Shown piece by piece: positions 15,412 through 26,021 of a stretch of 64,000 nt of DNA. Each line of letters begins with the position of its first letter. Positions within the stretch are counted from its first letter, which is position 1. The position numbers and the translations under genes were made by a program. The notes below the pieces were generated by a model, which was given only the letters and a program-made list of their open reading frames with translations, did not search any database and was not told the origin of the DNA. Origin of the DNA: Vicugna vicugna (Eukaryota); contig MU058584.1 in the NCBI GenBank assembly GCA_013265495.1, positions 2,079,599-2,143,598 of the forward strand, read 5' to 3'.

Positions 15412-15655
15412 AATAGTAGTGGTTAAGGATTTGGTCTCTGGAGCTGCACAGCCTGGGTTTGTATCCCAGATCTCCTATTTTTTTTAGCTGTGTGACTTAA
15501 TTCAATTTACCCAACCTCTCTGTGCCTCATATTCTCCGAAAAAATAAAGATAATAATGGTAACCTATCTTAGAGGGTTGTTGTGAGGATTAAATGAGGTA
15601 ATACATGTAAATTATAGTGCCTGGCATAAACAGTCCATAACTGTTAGCTTTTATT
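15412..15655 (+). mobile_element. Near full-length MIR
   Basis: TAGTGGTTAAG...CTCTGGAGC...CCTGGGTTTGTATCCCAG...TAGCTGTGTGAC...CTCTCTGTGCCTCA...GGGTTGTTGTGAGGATTAAATGAG...AGTGCCTGGCA. Confidence 0.85.
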
Positions 15656-16194
15656 ATTTCTGGCCCTGTTTTTTAATATGAAAAAGAGAGGCTTGCACCA
15701 GATGGTCCCTAAAGACCAAGCCAACTCCAAGACTCTGTGATTCTGTGCTGAAAAGAGAAAAATAGTGCTGAATTTAAGATTTGTTTTCTTCTGTTTCTCT
15801 TGCCATTCTCTTAAAGTGAGAATGAGTTGTATCTGGCCAAAAAGCTGGACGAGATTGGAAGAAGAGGGGAAAAAAGAATGAGTATGAGCAAAGACAAAGG
15901 TTTTTAATTATCTACAGACTGGACAACAACCACCTGGAAAGCTTGAACGGCATATATTAGTGATGGTGTTCCGTCAGCCTCAGCAAGTGGAGATATTATG
16001 TAATCATAGTTAAAAATATTTTCCCTTTGAAAACACATACGCTCATCCATTCAACTGACAAAGTTTCAAAGCAGGATGAATAACATAAAGTACATTTAGG
16101 GCAACCTGACCTCTTCCTGTCTTCCTAATAGGTTCCTTCTTCAGGAAAAATGTTAGTGTTGTCATCATGACCACCTTGATATATAGTAGATTTT

Positions 16195-16818
16195 TTCTTT
16201 TTATTGCTTTTTTGTGGCTTTCTTGAGGTATAGTTCCTATACCATGAAATTCACCTATTTACAGTTTATAGTTCAGTAATTGAATATATTCACAAAATTG
16301 TGCAACCATCAACACAACCTAAGTTTAGAATATTTTAATCACCCTCTACAAAAAACCCTGTAGTCATCACCAGTCAGTTTGTATTTCTCCCTTTGCCTAC
16401 CCACTACTAATCACTAATCTCTGTCTGTATGGATTTGCCTATTGTGGACATTTCACATAAATGGAATCATATGATACATGGTTTATTACTAGTTTCTTCC
16501 ACTTAGCATAATGTTTGTAAGTTCACTGTACAGGTATAGACTGTCACAGGATTATAAAATCTATGGAAGCTTCATTCCTTTTTATAGCCAAATAATATTC
16601 TGTTGTATGGACATACCACATTCTGTTTATCCACTAATCAGTTGATGGATGTTTAGATTGTTTTCATATATTGTTGCTGCTATGAACGTTTGCATAGAAG
16701 TTTTGTGTGGACGTGTTTTTATTTCTCTGGATATATATCTAGGAGTGGAATGCTGGATCATATGGTAACTCTCTGCTTAGCATTTTGAGGAACTGCCAAA
16801 CTGTTTACCAGAGGGGCC
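16195..16818 (-). mobile_element. Old eutherian L1M-type 3' fragment
   Basis: TTGAGGTATAGTT...AAATTCACC...TTGTGCAACCATCA...GGACATTTCACATAAATGGAATCATA...CTAGGAGTGGAATGCTGGATCATATGGTAACTCT...GAGGAACTGCCAAACTGTT, typical antisense L1M 3' end. Confidence 0.85.
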
Positions 16819-17171
16819 ATTGTGGGCCTATTAGGTCTTAATGTAAATGACACTAAATTTGGTCTTCAGGGCTCTTAGCATTCCATTTTTTTTAGCCTTT
16901 TTCTTCAATCACTGATCTTTTTTCTCTTTTGTGTTTAGGGGTTGACTGTATTTTTTGTTTCTAATCAATACCTACTCTAAGAAAAAAAATTTTTGATACA
17001 TTTATTTGGCTTGAAGTGTGCATGATCAGGATTTATGTGAAACCTCTCTCAGAGCTATGTGCATTTTAAAGAGGAAAAAAAAAAGTAATTCAAAGGAATG
17101 AATCTCTACTGCTGGAATATCAGGTGTCAGGTTCCTGGAGAGGAAGACCTTTGCCAAAAAGATCGGACAGG

Positions 17172-17254
17172 TTTTTTATTTTTATTTTTTATTATTTTTT
17201 TATTTTATTATTATTTTTTTAACTGAGTTATAGTCAGTTTACAATGCTGTGTCT
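17172..17254 (-). mobile_element. Extremely truncated L1 insertion (~35-nt body plus ~50-nt tail)
   Basis: T-rich tail then TATAGTCAGTTTACAATGCTGTGTC, near-exact reverse complement of the L1 end at 6-30; direct repeats GGACAG(G)TTTTTT at 17165-17177 and 17255-17266. Confidence 0.8.
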
Positions 17255-17276
17255 GGACAGTTTTTTAAATAGTCAT

Positions 17277-17498
17277 CTAGTGTGATAGAGAGAGCATGAA
17301 CTCTTGAGGCAAACCACCCTGGATTCAAATCCTCACTGGTTGTGTAACATTAGTAAATTGATTTAACAGAGCTTCAGTTTCTTCATCCGTGCAGTAAAGA
17401 TAATAATACTATATAGGGTTGCTTCAAGGACTAAACAGACTAGTAATATATAGTACATGGTTTCCTGCGTGTGCTCAATAAATGGCAAGTACTATTAT
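17277..17498 (+). mobile_element. MIR
   Basis: AGAGCATGAACTCT...CCCTGGATTCAAATCC...CTTCAGTTTCTTCATCCGT...ATAGGGTTG...GTGCTCAATAAATGG. Confidence 0.75.
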
Positions 17499-17754
17499 TT
17501 TGCCAAAACTGCGTGACAGAGTGTCGGCCACTCATCTCAGTACTTTGACCCTGTCTATTCAGGTTGAGGTTTCTACTGGCCATTAGTTTCAGAGGCTCAC
17601 CGAAATGCTCCTGACCCTGCTTTCAAAATGCTTTAAATGGCTTTCTATATGAGAGGGGGGAAAAGTCTGATGCAAAGCTCAGCAGAAGGTACCCCAACAC
17701 TCCTGCATCTCTTTTCCTTCAGTCCCAGAGTTCTAGGGAGAGAATCCCATAGAA

Positions 17755-18065
17755 CCGTGCTGTGCAGTGAACACGGGTCACTTCAGATTTAATGTTTAAG
17801 ATTTTCTAGTAGCACGTTGAAAAAAAATAAAGGAACAGGTGAAATTAATTTTCATAACACATTTTATTTAAATCCCAATGTGTCTAAAATATTTCAACAC
17901 CTGGTCAAGACAAAAATTATTGAGATACTTTACATTTTGGGGGGATTAAAACTTTGAAATCTATTGTGTAGTTTACATTTGCAGCACACCTTCATTTTGG
18001 ACCAACTGTACTTGAAGGGCTCAGTGGCCGCATGTGGCTAGTGTCCTCCATATTGGACAGCATGG
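17755..18065 (+). mobile_element. hAT-Charlie MITE, MER33-like
   Basis: Imperfect TIRs CCGTGCTGTGCAGT / TATTGGACAGCATGG; 8-bp TSD-like CCATAGAA (17747-17754) / TCGTAGAA (18066-18073); internal GGTGAAATTAATTTT and GGCCGCATGTGGCTAGTG. Confidence 0.8.
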
Positions 18066-19719
18066 TCGTAGAATGACTGTCCTGGCATCACCTTTGTCTT
18101 GTTCCTTTTTGGGGCATAGTTTTCACGCTCTGAGGAAGACGCAGGTTGCCTACTCAGACTCGACCTGGTAGTTGTGTAGCAGTTGAAACTGGTTCTTGAT
18201 GGATAGCCATGCTCCAGAATAAAACCTATCTAAGGCGTCTCTTTCTGGCAGGGAAGGTCCCACTACTGGGAGCAAGGATGAGGTGGTCCCCCTTTACCTC
18301 TTCCTATTTTTTTTTTTTTTTTACTTCTTTATTTCCCTAACTCCTTGTTTTAGGATTTGATTCCTTGTCCTGAACAAAATCTGAAATGTTCCCTAAAATA
18401 GGATGGGTAGGTGGAAGCAGCCACCCTGTTTTGTACAGCTAGAATACAATGGGACAAGTACAGAGAATTTCACAGTGAGACAAAAGTTTGCTGGACCCTG
18501 AGTCAAGGTTCTGAGGCCTACCGCTGCCTGCCTCCAAGTGACTGTGTTATTTTGAGAATGCCATTTAGCTTCTTGGTCTCAGATTTCTACATCTATGGGA
18601 AGGGCCACTCCATAGAGCCACCGGTCTGATCCCACCTTTCAGGGGTCCTCATCTCCATCATGATCCCCACTCAGGCCTGGATACGTAGCACAGAAGGCAG
18701 GTGGAGCATTTAGAAAAGACAATTCTTTTTTCATTGTTAGGGCCTTTCTAATTTTTCCTGTGACTCCCTTTTATTTTTTCTAGACAGTCATGTAAAACTG
18801 GTTATGGTGGTGTTCAAGCTACCTCCATCAATCAAGCTGAGTTGGAGAAGGCAAAGTGGGAGAGGGAAAAAAAAATTAGAGATTTTCTTTTTCTTTTTTA
18901 AATCGAAGCATTCAGCATCACATTTATAAGGCCAGTTGGAGGCCAGTCTCAGATTCATCCACCTTGTTGACTCCATGACTGAATGCAAGTAATGTTTCCT
19001 TTGCATCCTATCTGTTTGTAGCTGTTGGATTCTAGACTGCAAATTGCTTTTGGAAAGTACAAAGATTTATGGTAGCAGGCTTGGCAGTGCAGTCTGCCTT
19101 TGCCAGTTCATATGGTGCAGCCCTGGAAGTCAGGAAACTTGTGTTTGGTTTTCACCTTACAATTGTGGACAGTTGCTTGTTGACAGTGTGCCTCCACTGA
19201 ACTACTACAGTAATGTCTGTTTCCCACCTACCTGTCAGTGGGGCTTCTGGAAACTTAAAAGTGGAGGATATTTAGAAAGATGTTTGACTTTCCTTAAGAA
19301 AAGGTGGGTCAGTAAGTGTGAGAGTAAAGTTCCCTCTATTTGTCTGGCTTTGAGACAGGGTTGAATCTGCCAGTAGGTCAAAGGAATACATTTACCTAGT
19401 GGCCTGTGCTGGTCGGGGCTAAGAGAGAGCAACTAATGGGTCATTTTCCAGAGGGCTTTAGGTGAGTTGAGCCCGAGTGTCGTCACTTTAAGAGAATCCT
19501 CCTTATAATTTACCATTGTTAAAAAGATGCAAAGTTTGCTTTTATCTTTTATCCCTAACAAAGAATGCCTCTCAGAGACCCAGATGATAAGCCCAGTGTA
19601 CATCCATTCTGAAAGGCTCTCCATGGATATGAGGGTGTAGATGTTAATTTCTCTCTACCGAATTTGCATGTAGAGGCTTTGGGACCCTGCATCCTGCTTA
19701 CACTAATAAACATTTAAAA

Positions 19720-20920
19720 ACAAAGCGCGGGCAACACAGACACAGCGTTCCTTTGTGTGGCCTCCTTACCGGGGTGCCTGTAATCCCTCACCCTTTGCGA
19801 GGGGAGTGCGTGGGTGGGTGCGGGTGGGTGGTGACGTTGTGCGCAGCACCGGGTATAAAAGGCCGGAGAAGTAACCACATCGTGTGAGGAATAAATTAAG
19901 GAAGCTTTGTCCCGAGGCCAATCAAAGGAGAAAGGAAAACAAAATTAACAACAAAAAAGAAGTCGAGAGATGAGAGAGCGTGTTTGCTTCGATCAGGTGG
20001 AAAAGAGAAATCAGAGGCGTTGGGAAGGAGTTTAAGGGGCTGCATCACGAAATAAAAGTTTGGGAACTTAAGAATAGCCCAAGAAGCCGGGAGGAGCCGG
20101 GGAGCGAGCCACATGGCCTTGTGCTGAGATGAGAGGCCCCTTTCAGACAGGATCGAAATGCTGCGAGCCGGGCCTGGGTAGACGGGCGCCTGCGTCTTGC
20201 GGCAGCACCCCGCACAATTAGCCTTTGAGGGGCTGGGGCTCTGGGGGGCCGCAAAGCCCCCTCGCATGCCGGTGACCTCACCACCGGGCTGATGCTGATG
20301 CAGATGCACGCGGCGTCCGGATGCTGGGCAGTTTCGGCCGCCGAATTCGCGTCCACACGGCCCGGGCCTCCGCTGCGCCCTGCGGAGCTGCGCGCCCTGG
20401 GCCGGGAACCGCCGCCCCGCGCAAAGCCGAATCCCCGGCGCAGGCTGCTCGCGCGCCGCCTGGGAAGCCGAGGGTCCCCACAGTGTCTTCACCGATTCCC
20501 TCCTCTTTGGCTCCCTAGGCTCCCCCGTCCCTCCCCTGCCACCTCCTCCTCCCTGGCAGACCTCACTCCCTAATTTCCCAGAGGGTGCTAGGAGAGGACC
20601 CCCCACCCCCAGGGGGAAAGCGCTCCGGAGCCATCCTTCCTTTATTAAACACCTGTCAGTCTGGGCTTGGGAGCTCACAGCACAGCCATAGCAATCGAGC
20701 CTCCAGTGAGGAGCCAGGGTGCGTGCGGGTGATCTGTCCCCAGGGAGCCAGGCGCGGGGTCTGTGCCCGCACGCCGCATTTTCCGTATGCAAAGTGGCCG
20801 TGCAGTGCAGACATTGGTGGTGGTGGTTTTGCATACAGAAGTGAAATTCAGAAGGCAGCGTGTAAGCACGTGGGTGAGTGTGTGTGTGCGCGGGGGCTCA
20901 CACGCACACATCTTAATTCG
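19720..20920. promoter_or_regulatory. Intragenic CpG island in PBX1 intron 2 with TATA box (TATAAAAG 19854-19861) at its 5' edge
   Basis: Dense CpG, peaking at 20080-20480, against a CpG-depleted background; GT boxes 19812-19830, half-CRE TGACG 19832-19836. Confidence 0.8.
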
Positions 20921-21290
20921 CAGCCCCTTGCTTAGTTGGCTCTGCCATTGTTTCCTCTCTATTCAAGAAATATTCCAGGTGATGCTTTATGGTATTGAAT
21001 CAAATAACATAATCTGAAGTTACTGCCGAAACCCTCCCATCTTCTCTCCCTCTCTCAGCTCTTATAGGGAGCCCATCGTCTTCCCCTGGGGAGATTTTTA
21101 ACCCAAAGAACCTTGATGTACCTTAAACAGCACTGACATGTGTTTTCTTTAAGCTTGGTCTGATTTCTTTAACACTTGAGGAAGGTTGGGGGCCTTCCCG
21201 CATACGTACTTTCTTATATGGCGGCTTGTCTCAGAGGAAGGCCTTAAGGGGCCTCAAGCTGCCTTCTTTTTGCAAGTCTTCTGAAAATAA

Positions 21291-21453
21291 TAGCACACGT
21301 AATATCCTATGATGAAAAAGAATCTGAAAAAGAATATATATATATATATATATATACACATACATATATATATGTAACTGAGTTACTATGCTGTGCACCC
21401 GAAACTCACACAACACTGTAAATCAACTCTACTTAAATTTAAAAAAAAAAAAG
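21291..21453 (+). mobile_element. 5'-truncated L1 3' end with internal (TA)n and polyA
   Basis: GTAACTGAGTTACTATGCTGTGCACCCGAAACTCACACAACACTGTAAATCAACT plus A-run; 16-bp TSD AGTCTT(C/T)TGAAAATAA at 21275-21290 and 21454-21469. Confidence 0.85.
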
Positions 21454-23911
21454 AGTCTTTTGAAAATAAAGAATTGATTTGAGTAGTTGCCCTCCGACCC
21501 ATACCCACAATAGTTGCCTCCCCTCCCCCACGGAGCTTGCTGGAGCCAAGGCAGGAAGGGGCTGTCATCATGTTCTGGGCTAAGCCTTATTACTTTATTT
21601 TTCTTCTTAGAAAGTTACACTAGGAAAGATGTTCTTGATGTGTGATTATTATTCTTAAATGGATTCTCGTGCTTTCCTATCATGGCTCTGTTACAGCCTC
21701 ATAGGGCGACCACCAGGTCCCACCATAGACCCTCCAGAAACTTTCTGTTGAATGAACGTGGGAGAGCTGGAAGTCAGAAAGGTTGAATTCCCTCATTACT
21801 TTGAAAAATCGATGAATTAATTCTCTCTATAAATTTCCACCAGCCCAGTCCCTGATCCACCAGCTGAAGAATGAGGCCCATTATTAATTTCACAAAGGCG
21901 AGTTTCTCATCCCAGTAACTCTGGGGGAGAGGATGGAAGGGTTACGATAAAGGTTGAGAGTTAACATGTTACTTGTGGCTGTTAGAGATGTTATAGCGAA
22001 AATATAAGAACAGCAATGGGGGGTGATAAAGAGTGAAAATAATTACGTCCCCCTGTTCCTGATTTGGACGCTGCTGCCTCCTTCTCATTTACCATTACTG
22101 GGTCTTCCCGTTTTAGGCATTTCAGGCTGGGATGTCTTGGATGTGGATTACCTTCCTGGAGACTTACACGAAAGAGAGAATCTCCCTAATGGCTTCTATT
22201 TGGGCTCAAGTATGCAAAGATTGGTTGTCTTGTCAAGAACCCATTAGAATATATCTTCCCCTCACTTACAGTGTCACCTCCTGAGTGCTGGCCTTCATAA
22301 GCGGGGGCCATAGAAGCTGAACTGTTTTTAAGTAAGTTTCACCAAATATTTTTGAACGCCATCATTTCTGGAGATAGTGGGCAAAACTCTTAGGTCCCGC
22401 AGGTGGAAAAGTGAAAAAGTTAAAAGTGAAATTCATGCCCTGGTCGGGTTTACCTTTCTCAACGCTGGTTAGACATGTTATTTTAGACCCTCTGTAGGGC
22501 AGGATGAAATTGCAGAGTTTGAATTCGATTTTGGCCCCTTTGTTGCTCTAGCAAATATTTATGAAGCTTCTCTGGATGAGGCATGAAAGACACTGAGGAA
22601 CAGTGCCAGTGGTGGCCCTTACCCTCAAGGAGCTTATAGTCTAATAAGGGGCTGGAATCATGGTCATGATTTTTGTAACACAGGCAGCTGACTTGCTCCC
22701 AAAGCCCTGAGCCCAAGACAGGACCATGTTCCTCAGGGCCTGGAGTGTGGCTGAGGAGGTCATTCTGAGCCAAAGTTCATGAACATGCAGTGTGGTGTGC
22801 ATGCTTTCTGCGATTCAAAGCCTGCTGAGTTTTACTCTGGCAGCCTGAGAAATGTTCTGTGTTTGAGTCCTTGCATCACTGGCCTTCTTGTCTTCCCTTA
22901 AACACTGCATGTGCCTTCCTTTCCTTTCTGCCTCCCCCTCTTGCTCTTTTGTTCCTTTCCTCCCCTCCACTGGGGCCTCCCCTCCCCTAGTACCCCCCCA
23001 AATCGCTATTTGCCCAACTTGTGACCTGAGACCACTTGGCATTTCCCTGGGATGGCTGGAATTTACCGCCCGCTGAAGAGGCATCTGTGACATTTGCTCA
23101 CCTGGGCGGCTTAAGCTACATGGTCTGCGCAGAGGGACCGCTGAGAGGAAGTGTGAAATTTACCTCTGGTAATTTACAAGGGTTCTCACCAGCAGGGAGA
23201 CAAACAAGGATGCTTTCGAGAAGCGGGAATTAATGTTTACCAGGGTACACATATATAGTTATAGATATTCATACGCACATTTATTATGTATTCAATCAAT
23301 GCATGGAGACAATTTGTGCATTATCTGTCATTCTCTAGTCATTATTTTAACAAATTAAATTTTCATGGTTAGCTTCATCTTTCACATTCACACCCTCCCC
23401 TTCCACGGCTCCCTTCTTTCTTCCTCTCCCTCCCTGCTGGTAGAAAACACTGGGTTAACTTAATGCTCTTTGAGGCCTCGTGCCATTAGACCTACTGTCT
23501 CCTTAAGGTTTATAAGACAACGGTGATGACTTTCTCATAGTGGCCGGCCCAGCCGTTCTGCTCGTAAGGAAATAGCTGCTTGTCTCTTTGGATCAGACTG
23601 GTCTAGGAGCTTGTTCAATCCAGTTACTGGGACAGGCCAGCCCTGGAGGCTTCTCCGGCTCTTGGAACACACAGACGCACAGTCTGTCTGTCCTGGCTGT
23701 CAGCCGAGGATGGGAGGCAGGCGGTGTAGATGGTTAAGCTGTTACTTTATACTCATGTTTACCCTGTCCAAGTGATTTGAAGGGAAGAGTGCTCTGGGCC
23801 CCAGGCTGGGAGAAGAGTGGTGGTGGGTCATCTTAGCAAGAAGCTGAATGGAAAATGTCAGTGGAAGCGATGCCCCCTCTTCCCTTTGGAGCAGGGAATC
23901 CTTCTGCCCAC

Positions 23912-24070
23912 AGGTAATAACAGTTAATGCGCAGAGCACTTATACCGTGTGGCACTACTGTTATTTACCCAATTTTTAAAATGAGGAAACTGAGAGAGGT
24001 TAATGAACTTCCCTAAAGTCACGCAGTTCATGAAAGGCTACGTTGGGACAGGTTTGATTCAGGAAGTTCT
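23912..24070 (-). mobile_element. MIR relic (approximate)
   Basis: CCCAATTTTTAAAATGAGGAAACTGAG...AGGTTAATGAACTTCCCTAAAGTCACGCAG, antisense MIR core. Confidence 0.7.
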
Positions 24071-25845
24071 ACTAAATGTAGATTTTTTTTTTTTTTTAAC
24101 AAAAATCTTCATTCCCGGTGAGTGACAGCCCTTCAGCTTGTGATTCTTCCCAGAAAATCCCATGGAATCCTCCTCAGTTGTCCAAATAACAAATCATTTG
24201 GCTCTGCCCACTTCTGGTCCTGTTTCTCAGGTACATGAACTTAATTATCTCTTGGCTGTGGTTGACTGTAAAACATAAGTAAAAGGAGGTAAGTCCAAAA
24301 TTCTCCTTGGGCCTGTTTCCTGATTTTTATTAGGCCTCTGCCTCTTTGCTTTTTTAGAATGTACATGATTTCTTTCGGTAGACCACGAGTTATTTTTCAT
24401 AGATGGTCTAGAGCTTGAATGCCATATGTATATATAGTATATACATATTTTATGTATACGTGTGTGTATATACATCACCCTTTCTCGTTCCTTCTCAGAA
24501 GCCTGGGACTCGGGAACTTAACGCAGGGCACAGTCTCTTGTTCTTGCGCGCCCTTCCTGGTTCTGCCATCCTCTGTCACACCTCTGTGCGCAGCCACACG
24601 CCCACTTGGGACACTCAGATGATTCTACACAGTGTGGATGGAAGCTTCCTGGGTGAGACCAGAGAGTCTCATCTGCCCAGTTGCAGAGCCACTCTTGTCA
24701 GAATGGCATGTTGGGCAGCTCCTGGTTTTGATAAGTGGGTGTTCTTAGTCTTGAGGAGGGGACAGCTGCCTCCCAGGGAGTGGGGCGGCCCAGAGGACAG
24801 CCTGGTGTCCAGGACCTGGGTGGAGATGAAGTCTGGGGATGGGCCTGGATGGTGAGGGGTGTAAGGCATGTTATCTCCACATCACCCCAGGGATTAGAAG
24901 GGGAAAAAAAAAGAATTCAAAGTATCCTGTGTTTAAATTTATTGTTCAGAAAACAGTATAATGCCAGGAAGACCTTAATAAAGAAAATTTTATGAAAGAA
25001 AACAAATTTCACCTTTAATCATACTGCCCTAGCTCAGTATCTATTATAACCCCCCCCCACCATGTTTCTGTTTCCTTCCTGACATTTTCCTTCTGGCCGT
25101 ATGAATTTTCCGTTTCTTGGAGATGACTGTGTACTCAGGGATGAAATTCTCTTCTGTTTATCAACAGTACCTTTTATGTATTTTATTTACATGTCTATTG
25201 CTCATCTCATTTTAAAGAGGAATTCAAGCAGTTTGCCAAAAGGTGCAAGCGAAATGAAGAGATTTGCTAAAGAAATGAGGAAATTAGAAGAGAAGATTAA
25301 GGTAGGAAAATAAAAATGCAAGGGAGCGTTAGTATGTAAAATTGCAGACAGAAGAGCCTTTCCTCATTGTGGCCTTCCCAGTCCTTTTGCTGATGAGGAA
25401 ATAGCTTCCTGACTCTGGATCAAACTGGACTTAGGACCTTGTTTCAGTCCAGAGCCTGTAGAGTTTGGCTACAGATTTGAGTGTCTGCTTCCTGGTAGCA
25501 AAAGCGAAAAGGGAAAGAGGATCAGTTTCAAATTTCAAAGCATTTAGAACTGGAAGTGAATCAGTTGTTGACTGCATGTAAAACTTCCCCCATAGTTTCT
25601 AATAAGAAGATGTGAAATGATATGATAGACATTGTCCTCAACATGATAAACAAGGCATTATATATCATATTTTATTGTAGCCCTTTATATATAATGTCCC
25701 TTAGCGCTCATCAGATTTTATTATAATTATTGGTTTACAATCTGACTCCCTCATTAGACTAATGAGTTTCTGGAAAATAGTGATAAAGGCCTACATGCCA
25801 GTATATATATATAGTAAATTCTTAGTTAATATTTTTTTGAATTGA

Positions 25846-26021
25846 GGAGGGGAGGGTGTGACTCAAGTGACAGAGCGCGCGCTTAGCATGCACGACGTCC
25901 TGGGTTCAATCCCCAGTACCTCCTCTAAAAATAAATAGGCTTAATTACATCCCCTCCTTGCCAAAATAAAATTATTCAATAATACAATAAATTTTTTTAA
26001 AGCATTAAAAAAATTTAAAAA
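25846..26021 (+). mobile_element. tRNA-Ala(AGC)-derived SINE (camelid vic-1-like)
   Basis: tRNA-like head ...CTCAAGTGACAGAGCGCGCGCTTAGCATGCACGACGTCCTGGGTTCAATCCCCAGTACCTCC, B box at 25903-25912, A-rich tail; TSD AATA(T6-7)GAATTGA at 25828-25845 and 26022-26038. Confidence 0.9.

Noticed and set aside
19896..20834. 312-aa minus-strand ORF, longest in the window
   Set aside because: Coincides with the CpG island where stop codons are depleted; Ala/Arg/Gly/Pro-rich with no recognisable domain.
24424..24448. 11-bp perfect inverted repeat ATATGTATATA-TAG-TATATACATAT
   Set aside because: Trivial result of self-complementary (TA)n low-complexity sequence.
25390..25420. Hammerhead-like CTGATGA followed by a GGAA/TTCC stem
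   Set aside because: Lacks the GAAA after stem II; other CTGATGA sites inspected (13646, 31014, 46694) also fail.
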